From Nitrosopumilaceae archaeon (GTDB lineage Archaea > Thermoproteota > Nitrososphaeria > Nitrososphaerales > Nitrosopumilaceae), in assembly GCA_035631875.1 (NCBI GenBank), contig DASQHX010000010.1, positions 248,708 to 280,707 of the forward strand: a DNA stretch of 32,000 nt, given 5' to 3'. The position numbers and the translations under genes are program-made. This document shows, piece by piece, positions 22,989 through 32,000 of the stretch. Numbering within the stretch: the first letter of the stretch is position 1; every line of letters begins with the position of its first letter. The notes beneath the pieces were generated by a model. That model was not told the DNA's origin and searched no databases. It saw only the letters and a list, made by a program, of their open reading frames with translations.

Positions 22989-23150
22989 TCAGTCTTCTTT
23001 TACTTTATTTTTATCAAAGAAATCCTCTGGTTCTCCTAGCCTTTGCGTTAACCAGTTTTCAAGCTGTTTTATGATCTCCGCCTTTGTAAATCTGCCATCT
23101 TTTGTGACAAAGTGATCTTTTTTAGATTCTCTAAAGTTTTTATAATTCAT
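22989..23150 (-). CDS. Possible small protein (53 aa, below the ORF-track cutoff)
   Basis: My translation is 'MNYKNFRESKKDHFVTKDGRFTKAEIIKQLENWLTQRLGEPEDFFDKNKVKED'. It is the only sizeable ORF in the 350-nt gap between the SNF2 gene and tbp. No homolog was recognised. Confidence 0.3.
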   Translation of the reverse strand: MNYKNFRESKKDHFVTKDGRFTKAEIIKQLENWLTQRLGEPEDFFDKNKVKED

Positions 23151-23298
23151 GTCTGAGACATGTTTTTTACCATACCCTAACAGATGTAGTTTTTGTTTAA
23201 TTTATGACATATTCTAATAAATGGCATATCATAGAAAATTCTAAATTCAGAGTTTATATCTAAAAATTAGATCATTTGTATAACAAATACTTTCCGAG

Positions 23299-23318
23299 TA
23301 TATATAACGGGTATATAT
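23299..23318 (+). promoter_or_regulatory. Tandem TATA boxes upstream of tbp
   Basis: TATATATAA (23299-23307) and TATATAT (23312-23318) lie within the direct repeat 'gTATATATaacggGTATATATcg'. The upstream box ends 24 nt before the ATG at 23332, which is the spacing expected for a leaderless mRNA. Confidence 0.45.
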
Positions 23319-23331
23319 CGAAGAAGTAGAC

Positions 23332-23889
23332 ATGCCTCAAACTAAACCAATGGTAAGCATTGAAAATGTTGTGGCTTCAGCATCTGTAGATCAAAGACTT
23401 GATCTCAATGAAATCACAAAAAAATTCCCTGATACTGAATATCATCCTGAACAATTCCCAGGACTAGTATTTAGAATAAAATTGCCAAAGACTGCAACAC
23501 TCATCTTTAGTTCTGGAAAAATGGTTTGCACGGGTGCAAAATCTACAGAACAGTCAATTAGTGCAGTAAGAAACGTAGTACAAAAGCTTCGAAAAGGCAA
23601 AGTAAAAGTAAAAAATGATCCTGTCATAACAATTCAAAACATCGTAGCTTCTGTAAATCTTAATGGTAAAGTACACTTGGAAAGAGCAGCAAGAAGTTTG
23701 CCGCGAAGTATGTATGAACCAGAGCAGTTTCCCGGACTAATACACAGAATGCTTGATCCAAAAACGGTTATTCTGATTTTTGCATCAGGAAAGCTTGTTT
23801 GTACAGGTGCAAAAAAAGAATCAGATGTTTACAGATCGGTAAACAATCTGCACACTATGCTTGAAGAAAAAGAATTAATGATATATTAG
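23332..23889 (+). CDS. tbp: TATA-box-binding protein
   Basis: 185-aa ORF with the two internal TBP repeats: 'IENVVASASVDQRLDLNEI...PEQFPGLVFR...LIFSSGKMVCTGAKS' and 'IQNIVASVNLNGKVHLE...PEQFPGLIHR...LIFASGKLVCTGAKK'. Confidence 0.95.
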   Translation: MPQTKPMVSIENVVASASVDQRLDLNEITKKFPDTEYHPEQFPGLVFRIKLPKTATLIFSSGKMVCTGAKSTEQSISAVRNVVQKLRKGKVKVKNDPVITIQNIVASVNLNGKVHLERAARSLPRSMYEPEQFPGLIHRMLDPKTVILIFASGKLVCTGAKKESDVYRSVNNLHTMLEEKELMIY

Positions 23890-24134
23890 ATAAAAAAAAT
23901 TCTTGATTTCTAAAAGCATCATCACATTTATAGACAAAAAACACATGTAAAAATTCTAATTTTGTTCTTATTTTGATTGTAAACAAAACGATTCGATTAA
24001 TTATTGGTAAGAACATTTCTACTCTACGAAAAAAATATGCAAACCACATATTATGAAATTAAAAATAAAATTAAACCCATATTGAAAGATAATACAGTGT
24101 TATCATTTCCAATAAAATTAACAGTGAATCTTGT

Positions 24135-25211
24135 ATGACCGACCTTTACCGCGTGTTACCAGAAGAGATGGACAAGCTTGTTACAGAAATGGGTCAGCCC
24201 CGCTATCGTGCAGACCAGTTACTTCATGCATTGTATCATGATTCGCCTAAGGGCATGTCTGATCTTCGTCAGATTCCCGCAGCTTTGCGAGATGCACTAG
24301 TTGCAGCAGGATATACAATTGGCTCTGCAAGCGAAGCTCATCGTGTTGCAAGTGAAGACATGCAAACAACAAAGTTGCTCCTCAAGTATGGCGATGGAAC
24401 TATGATTGAGACTGTGCTTATGCAATATCCATCAAAGACCAAAATTCATCCTAGGTCTACTGTCTGCGTTTCTACTCAAGTTGGTTGTGCCATGGGCTGT
24501 GTATTTTGTGCAACAGGACAGATGGGTTTTAAACGTAACCTGCAAGCAGAAGAAATTGTTGCACAGGTGTTACACTTTGCTTATGTCCTACGCGAACGAG
24601 ATGAGCATGTAACAAATCTTGTCTTCATGGGCATGGGTGAACCGCTTGCAAATTATGCCGAAACTATACGGGCTGTCAGACTATTAACACATGCACGAGC
24701 TTTTGGCTTGGGACAACGAAGCATAACTATTTCCACAGTTGGAGTAATTCCGTTTATAGACCGCCTTGCCGACGAGCAACTCCAGATTGGACTAGCTATT
24801 TCTCTTCATGCACCAAATGATGAGCTGCGTCGCAGGTTAGTGCCAACAGCTGGACCACATTCTGTAGAGGAACTGTTTTTAGCATCAAAGCGCTACTTCA
24901 AAAAAACAGGGCGTCGCATTACTTTTGAATATGCACTTATCGATGGCATCAATGATTCACCAGAGGTTGCAGCTGAATTGGCTCTGCTCTTGAAAGGCAA
25001 CGGAGCTCATGTAAATTTGATTCCCGTGAATTCTACTGCAGGTGGTTTTCAGCGACCAGAACGACGACGCGTACATGAATTCCAGCGAATTTTACGCAGG
25101 GGCGGTGTAAATTGTACGGTGCGTGTGGAGAAGGGATCAGAGATCTCGGCAGCTTGCGGTCAGTTGCGGACAGATGCGATGGAAAAGATTACAAATTCAA
25201 ACAAGGATTAA
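24135..25211 (+). CDS. rlmN: Radical-SAM RNA adenine C2/C8 methyltransferase of the RlmN/Cfr family
   Basis: 358-aa ORF with radical-SAM cluster motif 'GCAMGCVFCATG', 'FMGMGEPLAN' and C-terminal catalytic-Cys region 'SAACGQL'. The N-terminal 'PRYRADQLLHALY' domain is present. G+C and Arg codon usage (CGT/CGC) clearly differ from neighbouring genes. Confidence 0.85.
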   Translation: MTDLYRVLPEEMDKLVTEMGQPRYRADQLLHALYHDSPKGMSDLRQIPAALRDALVAAGYTIGSASEAHRVASEDMQTTKLLLKYGDGTMIETVLMQYPSKTKIHPRSTVCVSTQVGCAMGCVFCATGQMGFKRNLQAEEIVAQVLHFAYVLRERDEHVTNLVFMGMGEPLANYAETIRAVRLLTHARAFGLGQRSITISTVGVIPFIDRLADEQLQIGLAISLHAPNDELRRRLVPTAGPHSVEELFLASKRYFKKTGRRITFEYALIDGINDSPEVAAELALLLKGNGAHVNLIPVNSTAGGFQRPERRRVHEFQRILRRGGVNCTVRVEKGSEISAACGQLRTDAMEKITNSNKD

Positions 25212-25503
25212 AAACAGTTAGAAATCTGTTCAAGAAATTGCTATTGCTAAGGTTATGTTCAAAGTCTAATCTATTTCTATTTAAGAAAGGTTAGTTGCCG
25301 TTTCTTTTTCTAGTTCTTGCACCTTTTTTGCCTGCTGCTACATAAGATGCGTGTGATCTCTTTTTCATACCTGAATTATAATATGTAGAGTTCATTATAG
25401 TGAGCTAGTCGCCAATAGTTGCTTTGTTAATGGATTTAAGCTGATAAGATACAGAACTAAAAAAGTAGAGACACATGCTGGTTTAGATGCGGATTTCCAT
25501 TTC

Positions 25504-25698
25504 TTATCTATGTCTTGTTGTAAATTGATCGTTTTTTCTTATTTTCAATTTTGTTCTTTCTTTATTTGCAATCATAATTTCAGATTCTAAAATCCTTTTT
25601 GCTTCTTGACTAAGATTCAGATCTTTGAGTTGTTCATTCTTTTCATTAATTTTCTTTGTGCAACGTTCAATCTCACTGTCTATTCCTTCTAAACTCAT
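25504..25698 (-). CDS. Hypothetical small coiled-coil protein
   Basis: 64-aa ORF with an ATG start. It is Glu/Lys-rich and heptad-like ('IERCTKKINEKNEQLKDLNLSQEAKRILESEIMIANKERTKLKI'). Confidence 0.4.
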   Translation of the reverse strand: MSLEGIDSEIERCTKKINEKNEQLKDLNLSQEAKRILESEIMIANKERTKLKIRKNDQFTTRHR

Positions 25699-25789
25699 TA
25701 TTTTTCTTGGTTAGACTAATTATTTAGCAATTCCTATTAGTTTGATTCGTTCTTAGAATCTTAGCTGATTTTTAGACATGTTTTGGATT

Positions 25790-26434
25790 CTAACAATAGA
25801 TCTGGCTTTGTATATGCCCACTGTACACGGCTCGAATTCCAGCTAGAGCACATGATGAGATGTAAGAATTTCCCATACTAATATCAGGATTCATCAAATC
25901 ATGAGGGTCAGTTGAATGTCCCAAGCCCAGGGCATGTCCAAATTCATGACGAACGATTTGCGAGATCTCATTATTATCTAGATTGTTTATATCATAAATG
26001 GTTATGCTGGATTGTAATACATCTTCGTTGGTTTTGATTATCGGAATTGTATATCCATTGTATCCATTGGGATTTATTTTGTCTGTGAGTCTTATGATTA
26101 TCTTATCAAATTTATCCTCGGACTCACTTATATCAAATTTTTGTGGTACTACAAGACCAGGTTGATTTCCTAAATTGCTTAATGCTCCTTGCCAACCTTT
26201 GTAAAGTCTTTGACCATCATTAGTAAAATAGTCGTTAGATATGATAGCACTTTTAACAGCTTCTACTTTTGCAGAAGGAATGGTTGTATCCAAAATTAGT
26301 CCTACATGAATTATTTCTGTACTTCTAAGAGATAATGGTAAAATGGTCTGTAATGTATAAGGGGATTCTTGAGCGATGGCAATGTTTGGAATAATAAATA
26401 GCATGAATGCCACAGGTATCCACGAAATTCGCAC
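25790..26434 (-). CDS. Secreted matrixin-like (M10 metzincin) zinc metalloprotease
   Basis: 214-aa ORF. A GTG start gives signal peptide 'MRISWIPVAFMLFIIPNIAIA'. The extended zinc motif 'HEFGHALGLGHSTDPHDLM' (HExxHxxGxxH plus a Met-turn candidate) is present. Confidence 0.75.
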   Translation of the reverse strand: MRISWIPVAFMLFIIPNIAIAQESPYTLQTILPLSLRSTEIIHVGLILDTTIPSAKVEAVKSAIISNDYFTNDGQRLYKGWQGALSNLGNQPGLVVPQKFDISESEDKFDKIIIRLTDKINPNGYNGYTIPIIKTNEDVLQSSITIYDINNLDNNEISQIVRHEFGHALGLGHSTDPHDLMNPDISMGNSYISSCALAGIRAVYSGHIQSQIYC

Positions 26435-26641
26435 AAAGTCTTTAGTTTGTTAGATTAAAATCTACCTGTATGTAATATTTTGTATGTACGCAATTTCTAA
26501 AAGTGGAATTATTTTCTTCAACAAATCATAATAAATGATATTATTAGATAGCTGGAATTTTTGTGTCTGGAGGTATTCCTTTTTATTCACTATCGTTAAA
26601 CTTGTTTGCTGGTAAAAAATAAGAAGTTTTTATAAATCAGA

Positions 26642-27796
26642 TCATGATAACATGTTTTTATCATGAAGATAGATTATGATATCTGCAAGATCGTTTCTAC
26701 TTATCTGCCCGTTTATGGTCCACAAGGCAGGGTTTTCAACCCATAGCGGAATATACTTTCCATCAATATCTAAATCTTGCAGGAATGTATGTGTTGAATT
26801 ATACTGTGTCGGATACGTTAACCAGTTTGACATGTCTTCTAACAGGTTTGAAGGATCTGCCTTCTTCAACGTTCTTAGTAATTCTGCATCTTGAAGTAAT
26901 CTGTACTCTGGATAGCAATTAAGAAATGTGTAATTTTCCCTAGTGGAAAAATTCCAATTGGAGCAATCAAAGTTATATTCGAATCTAGAGTTATCATACT
27001 TCCAATCAAAACCGTTACGAAGGCCCAAGTCTGGATATCCGTGTCCTCTCAGAAGGGTAATAGTATTTTTATCATAATCAACACTCACTTTAGCATAGAG
27101 TGCATTAGGATACAAAAAAACTACATTAGGATGTTTAATTATCGCATCATATTCTTTTTGTGTGACATATTCGTTATGCATCATAATTACTCTGTCATAG
27201 TTTTTCAAGATGTCTGGATTCTTGTCAATATCAATATCAGTGATAAAATGATAGTTTAACAATAGTAGTACATTTGAACCCTTGGCACTTGATGAATATG
27301 ATGCATGTATTTTATCTGGAATAGGAACGGTAAGGCACTCAGAACCACATGTCTTATTGTAATAATAATAAAATCCATTTTCTCCATATGCTGCCTGTGT
27401 AAATATAGGGTAAACAAAAACTGTTTTCAAATTGTCGTTTCCAATTTGTTGATACAAATTGCTATTCTCTGGAATTGCTACAAAATTGATAGAAACAGAT
27501 TTTGCAACACCTGCAACTTTGTTAACATTTACAATTGGTTTGAAAAGTAATTTATCTATTGGTAACTCTATGATGAAATGCTTACCATGCCCAACGTCAG
27601 CGTCAAAACGAAAAACCTTGTTTTGAACTGTGGGCACTATTACGTTTGCTGATCCAGAATCTTGATACGATAATGGAATAAAAGAAAGGCATGCTAGACA
27701 GATTGTAATAGATAACAAGAGACTGAATATCTTTGATCTATTAAATAATGTGTTAAATGTGAAAATACCAACTATTTGTAAATTTGAAAACACCAT
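26642..27796 (-). CDS. Hypothetical exported or membrane-anchored protein
   Basis: 384-aa ORF with an ATG start and N-terminal hydrophobic anchor 'IFSLLLSITICLACLSFIPL'. No family was recognised. Confidence 0.55.
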   Translation of the reverse strand: MVFSNLQIVGIFTFNTLFNRSKIFSLLLSITICLACLSFIPLSYQDSGSANVIVPTVQNKVFRFDADVGHGKHFIIELPIDKLLFKPIVNVNKVAGVAKSVSINFVAIPENSNLYQQIGNDNLKTVFVYPIFTQAAYGENGFYYYYNKTCGSECLTVPIPDKIHASYSSSAKGSNVLLLLNYHFITDIDIDKNPDILKNYDRVIMMHNEYVTQKEYDAIIKHPNVVFLYPNALYAKVSVDYDKNTITLLRGHGYPDLGLRNGFDWKYDNSRFEYNFDCSNWNFSTRENYTFLNCYPEYRLLQDAELLRTLKKADPSNLLEDMSNWLTYPTQYNSTHTFLQDLDIDGKYIPLWVENPALWTINGQISRNDLADIIIYLHDKNMLS

Positions 27797-27877
27797 TTAA
27801 ATATTTTATATATCCTATTATAAATTAATTATATTCCTCCTATGCATATTCGTTATTTCAAGGACTAGATTATGACA

Positions 27878-29035
27878 TTATAGACCAGGTAGCAGATGTA
27901 AAATGGAATTAATTGAGTAAACATCTCCTCCAAAGAGGCTCACGGGGCTTTTTGTTGATGCAAGCTCAATTCCATTAGAATCATACACTTTGATGTATGC
28001 GCTTAGTGGCATCGCAAAATTTTCTATATTAAGAGTTGCTGTACCGGATGAATCTACAGGTGCTGACGCAACTACCTGACCGGTAGTTGACGATGTTGGT
28101 TCTACCAGATCTACCTTGGCTGCAAGAGTAGGATTGTTAGTTACTTTGACGTTTACATCAGATGTTACAAAGAAATTCTTGAATGTTCCACTTAGCAGCT
28201 GGCCAGCATAATTGGTTTGTGGTTCTAGGAATGTGACCGGTAGATGAGTCATCCCCAGATTTAGAGTATTATTTTCATATACTTGGGTTCCGTCAAGAAT
28301 TACTTTTAGATAGTTGTTACCATTTGTGATTATAGTGCAATCTCTGGTACGTGGTTCAGTCAGAGTCATAGCCGACGCCCATAATGGAGTAAAACTGGTA
28401 ATTGTATTGGAATTGCCTTTTGTTTCTGCTACTACCCACTGGGTCCCAACTATACTTGTGTTTGAGCTACAATCAATATAGGTTACATTTCCAGTTCCAT
28501 TCTGGACATACATTCCATTTTCATACCAGTTATTTGTTGACGGTATTGTTTGAACTGGGGTGGTTATTGTAGAATGGAACAACATTGCTTTGGTGTCTTG
28601 TGTGACGGCATAATATCCAGCCCAAGTGCCATTAGCTGGTGCCTGGGCACCAATGTGGAAACCCTGCATATCCCTTGAAATTGCATATGGTGCATTTTCT
28701 AATGGCGCGTCACCACCATATCTCCAGTAGCCTGGATTTGCCTGCAGCTGTTGTTGCGTTCTAGTTTCATTAGTTAATGAATCTGATACAACTAGCCCAG
28801 AATTGACCTGATTAATTGAATAAGGAGAAATAGGTAAGGACGATATAGAAACTATCCCAAGGTTGGGTGTCACTAGAGGGATAACTGGCGTATTAGTACC
28901 AGTCTGTGGTATAAGATTTCCTGGGATAGGAGGAGGACCAGTTAAGGGATCAGATCTTACTGGAACAATAGTTGATGGTATTAACAATACTAATAAAATC
29001 ACGGTTGTCGCTAGAATTGATTTGAGCTTCTTCAT
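27878..29035 (-). CDS. Hypothetical secreted protein
   Basis: The ORF is open to 29104. The ATG at 29035 gives a typical signal peptide, 'MKKLKSILATTVILLVLLIPSTIVPVRS'. A Pro-rich linker 'PLTGPPPIPGNLIPQTGTNTPVIP' is followed by a beta-rich body. No family was recognised. Confidence 0.6.
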   Translation of the reverse strand: MKKLKSILATTVILLVLLIPSTIVPVRSDPLTGPPPIPGNLIPQTGTNTPVIPLVTPNLGIVSISSLPISPYSINQVNSGLVVSDSLTNETRTQQQLQANPGYWRYGGDAPLENAPYAISRDMQGFHIGAQAPANGTWAGYYAVTQDTKAMLFHSTITTPVQTIPSTNNWYENGMYVQNGTGNVTYIDCSSNTSIVGTQWVVAETKGNSNTITSFTPLWASAMTLTEPRTRDCTIITNGNNYLKVILDGTQVYENNTLNLGMTHLPVTFLEPQTNYAGQLLSGTFKNFFVTSDVNVKVTNNPTLAAKVDLVEPTSSTTGQVVASAPVDSSGTATLNIENFAMPLSAYIKVYDSNGIELASTKSPVSLFGGDVYSINSILHLLPGL

Positions 29036-29268
29036 TGTTATTAAAACATACAATTCAATGTTTATCTTACTTTGCGTAGAAAATACTAGAAAACATGCAT
29101 GCATTAATTTTGTTTAAAAATTTTAGCGAAGATTATTCTATTAAAAAAATTCACATATTCTTAATATTTATTGTCTTTACGAATATTCCTATTGATTTTT
29201 TACATTGATTGAGAATCCATACCCTTTGAGAAATTTTATGTTGTAATGATTACACTTTCCTCTTAGAG

Positions 29269-29889
29269 TCATAAATTAGTTTTAGAGCATCTTCCACAAA
29301 TCCAATTAAAATGGCGAATGATTTCATCTAGTTCTTCTTTTTTATTACTATAATCAGGAAATTCCCGCATTATTTTCAATAAATCTTTTCTCGTTTTGTT
29401 CTTTCCAAGCATATATTGAATCCACCCTTTTTGATTTTTAGCTACTTTGAATGGCGTTCTTATAATGTAGAAATTGTCGTATTTTTTAGACATTATTGGG
29501 TAGGTAGCAAAATATTGTGATACAAAAACAAACTTTTTTGGTTTCAAGAATTCCTCAAGTCTTTGAAATTCATCTGGGAAAAACCCATTTGTACAAAAGA
29601 ATATAGTACATTTCTTCAATTCAGGAATTTTTTCAAGATCATCATAATTTTTGAAGATAAAGCGTACGTTAGACCTTAGTTTTGTTCGTTTGTTTTCTTG
29701 GGATTTAGAATAATTTTTCTTGTAGTTTTCAATACCGTAAGCATACTTCAATCGTTCTGATGCCCATATACACAGCATACCTTCTCCACATCCTAAATCA
29801 CAAAAGACATCGTTTGGTTTTGCATTAACAATATCTAGAATCTGATTTAGTTCACGTTTAGTTGTAAGTCTTGGATTACCACGTCCCAT
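29269..29889 (-). CDS. Putative class I SAM-dependent methyltransferase
   Basis: 206-aa ORF with motif I 'VFCDLGCGEGMLCIWA' followed by 'AYGIE'. The rest was not assigned, and the C-terminus has a 'CGRC' pair. Confidence 0.5.
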   Translation of the reverse strand: MGRGNPRLTTKRELNQILDIVNAKPNDVFCDLGCGEGMLCIWASERLKYAYGIENYKKNYSKSQENKRTKLRSNVRFIFKNYDDLEKIPELKKCTIFFCTNGFFPDEFQRLEEFLKPKKFVFVSQYFATYPIMSKKYDNFYIIRTPFKVAKNQKGWIQYMLGKNKTRKDLLKIMREFPDYSNKKEELDEIIRHFNWICGRCSKTNL

Positions 29890-30000
29890 TTCATACGTTA
29901 TGATGAAAATTATGATTTAAAGAATCTCCAACAAATCACACCTACATCATAACGCTAGTTAGTACACCGTTTTTGTGCGTGAGCGGGGGGCTTTCCTTTT

Positions 30001-32000
30001 TTACTCGTTATCGATAAACTCGTTTGCTGTTGGAGGATCTGGACTTAGTCCCTTTCTCTTTCTGATTTCTGCCAGTATGGTAGGCAATACAGAGTTTGGA
30101 ACTGGCGTCCAAGCTTTAAAGTGAGTGTTCCACATTGCCTTTCCTGCAGTTTGTCCTCGCATTACTTCAGAAAGATCAAAAGTTTCAGATGCCGGCATTT
30201 CTCCAGTCAAAATATGTACAACTCCTTTTTGTTCCATGTTTAGTACCTTGCCTCTTTTACCAGAAATTACTCCTGCAACGTTTCCAATCATTTCCTGTGG
30301 AACTCTAACTTCAATTCCAAGTGTTGGTTCTAGTAGTACTGGATTTGCCAAAAGCATTGAGCCCATACAAGCACGTCTAGAAGCAGGACCAAGTTGTGAT
30401 AGACCTCTATGAGCTGGGTCCTCGTGTGGTACAAAGTGATGGAACGTAAATTTACATCCCCTGACTTGTTCTCTTGCAAGAGGGCCTTCTTTCATGGTGT
30501 CTTCAAAGCCAGACAAGATAGAGTCTGTTGATTCCTGAACAAATTGTACACCTTTTGTACCATCTACAAAGACATTTCCTCTTGGATCAAATCGCATGAC
30601 ACGCTTTGCCTCGTCCCTTTCCCAGCCAGCATTTCGTAAAATTTCTGCAACTTCCTTTGTGTCCTTGTACTCGTTTAGTGTTCCATTTCTGATTAGTTCA
30701 GCAACTTTTTCGTCAAGCGGTTCTACTTTCAAAAAGATCTTGTTGTGTCTGTTTGGAGACTTTGCCATGATAGGACCAGCTGCAGTCCTAATTGTTTCAC
30801 GATAATTGATCAATGGTTGTGAAGTTACAACTTGGACTCCTGCATCTGCAATAAGCGAGGTTGCAATCTCAAGGTGCAATACACCCATTCCTGCAATTAC
30901 GGTTTCTCCGCTTTCCTCGTTGATTTTCACCACAAGGTTGGGGTCTTCTATTGTAATACGACGTAAAGCTTCAACAAGTTTTGGAAGATCCTTTGGGTGT
31001 TTTGGTTCCACAGCAATTTGTACAACAGGTTCTGAAACATATTGAATTCCTTCAAAGGTATGGATTCCAGCTACACTTGAAAGTGTCTGACCTGCTCTTG
31101 CATGTTCTAATCCTAAAAGTGCTGGAATATTTCCTGCAGCAAGTTCTCCTACCATTTCACGTTGGTTTCCCATGAAAAAGTTAACCGATTGTATTCTTCC
31201 TTCTCGTTTAGTATCTATAAGATGTATTCTGTCACCGTCTTTTATTCTACCAGAAAATAATCTACCAATAGCTACAGGCCCTGCAGCAGGATCCACTGTC
31301 ATGTTTACAATCATCATTACGGTAGGACCATTGTCATCACAATTCAAAAGTGCCTTACCTAAATCAGAGTCAAGATCACCTTTCCAAATTTTTGGAATTC
31401 TGTATTTTTGCGCAACATCAGGTGATGGATGATGTTTTACCACCATTCCAAGTACTGCATCATAAAGCGGTGCTTTTTCTGCAAGCGCTTTGATGTCGCC
31501 ACCTTCAGAATATGCTGTATAGATATCTTTGAATGAGATTCCTTTTTTCTTCATCACGTCTGCATTAAATCCCCATTTGTCCTTTGCAGAACCAAATGAA
31601 ACGCTTCCGTCTTGAATACTAACCTTCCATTTTTCCTTGTATTCTGGTTCCGCATAGATGTCAATTAATCTGTTAAAGTTTGTAATAATATCTAAAAGCC
31701 ACTCTTGCATTTTTTCTGGAGGGAGTCTGAGTTCTTTTATGAGACGATCTATTTTATTGATGTAAAGCACTGGTCTGACTCTTTCTTCAAGAGCTTGTCT
31801 TGTTACAGTCTCTGTCTGAGTCATGATTCCTTCAACAGAGTCTGAAACTACTACTGCCCCATCAATTGCCCTAAGGCTACGGGTAACACGCCCAGTAAAA
31901 TCAATGTGTCCGGGAGTATCAATCATGTTGATTACATATTCCTGATCTCCTTGTTCATAAAGTAAAGTAACATTTGCTTGAACAATTGTCATCTGTCTGT
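30001..32000 (-). CDS. fusA: Translation elongation factor 2 (aEF-2), 5' end outside the window
   Basis: The reading frame is open to the window edge. It has GTPase motifs 'DTPGHIDF' and 'NKIDR', EF-G/EF-2 domains II-V, and the diphthamide-site segment 'HEDPAHRG'. The G1 P-loop must lie beyond 32000. Confidence 0.95.
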   Translation of the reverse strand, partial: RQMTIVQANVTLLYEQGDQEYVINMIDTPGHIDFTGRVTRSLRAIDGAVVVSDSVEGIMTQTETVTRQALEERVRPVLYINKIDRLIKELRLPPEKMQEWLLDIITNFNRLIDIYAEPEYKEKWKVSIQDGSVSFGSAKDKWGFNADVMKKKGISFKDIYTAYSEGGDIKALAEKAPLYDAVLGMVVKHHPSPDVAQKYRIPKIWKGDLDSDLGKALLNCDDNGPTVMMIVNMTVDPAAGPVAIGRLFSGRIKDGDRIHLIDTKREGRIQSVNFFMGNQREMVGELAAGNIPALLGLEHARAGQTLSSVAGIHTFEGIQYVSEPVVQIAVEPKHPKDLPKLVEALRRITIEDPNLVVKINEESGETVIAGMGVLHLEIATSLIADAGVQVVTSQPLINYRETIRTAAGPIMAKSPNRHNKIFLKVEPLDEKVAELIRNGTLNEYKDTKEVAEILRNAGWERDEAKRVMRFDPRGNVFVDGTKGVQFVQESTDSILSGFEDTMKEGPLAREQVRGCKFTFHHFVPHEDPAHRGLSQLGPASRRACMGSMLLANPVLLEPTLGIEVRVPQEMIGNVAGVISGKRGKVLNMEQKGVVHILTGEMPASETFDLSEVMRGQTAGKAMWNTHFKAWTPVPNSVLPTILAEIRKRKGLSPDPPTANEFIDNE

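Noticed and set aside
25291-25395. 34-aa highly basic minus-strand ORF (MNSTYYNSGMKKRSHASYVAAGKKGARTRKRNGN)
   Set aside because: It is too short to separate from chance in AT-rich DNA, and I recognise no family. It may be real, since it fills an otherwise empty gap after rlmN, but I cannot support it from sequence alone.
29960-30000. G-run followed by T-run (gagcggggggctttcctttttt) as a terminator
   Set aside because: The oligo-T run is on the plus strand, whereas both flanking genes (aEF-2 and the methyltransferase) are on the minus strand. It therefore cannot serve as their oligo-T terminator, and no other role is evident.
303-31432. Numerous 60-115-aa antisense or out-of-frame track ORFs inside herA, rad50, purP, the SNF2 gene, rlmN, the 26642-27796 gene and aEF-2 (for example 303-584, 642-986, 3151-3402, 22411-22972, 24406-24612, 27041-27550, 30125-31432)
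   Set aside because: All are nested within longer ORFs that carry clear family motifs on the other strand or frame, and none has independent support.

Overview
AT-rich archaeal chromosomal segment, roughly one-third G+C in hand-counted samples. The gene content is aEF-2, TBP, a herA-mre11-rad50 operon, archaeal-type PurP, TatA/TatC, many small exported proteins, and TATA boxes about 25 nt from start codons. This fits a Nitrosopumilus-like ammonia-oxidising thaumarchaeon, but that taxonomic call is inference only. About 45 genes can be supported. No tRNA, rRNA, CRISPR array, integrase or transposase was seen. Housekeeping blocks: herA-mre11-rad50 (76-4813, translationally coupled), tatC-tatA-purP (12558-14680), and a run from 14.7 to 23.9 kb holding a bifunctional-nuclease-like gene, methyltransferases, DedA, a CorA-like gene, an SNF2 helicase and tbp, plus aEF-2 (30001 to window end, 5' end cut off). 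The clearly accessory part is 5.4-12.3 kb. It holds two paralogous secreted Thr/Gly/Asn-repeat proteins, one of which also carries ice-binding-like and Ig-like domains. It also holds five intact small winged-helix genes from two families, one decayed copy and a DUF922-like gene. Six of these genes are preceded by the same ~50-nt module: two GACA-N4-TGTC-type dyads 21 nt apart, then GCGC, then a TATA-like box 18-25 nt before the start codon. I consider this candidate self-contained regulon for surface proteins the most interesting and least described signal in the window. Other points worth a second look are listed here. (1) A half-size HEAT-repeat protein resembling deoxyhypusine hydroxylase, with two His-Glu motifs (4810-5304). 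(2) A G+C-rich rlmN/cfr-family radical-SAM gene with bacterial-looking codon usage (24135-25211). (3) A (GTATG)n pentanucleotide tract that supplies ATGs in all three frames at the 5' end of one wHTH gene. (4) In-frame tandem repeats in surface-protein genes. (5) Several genes under 60 aa that are missing from the ORF track (tatA, a C2H2 zinc-finger microprotein).
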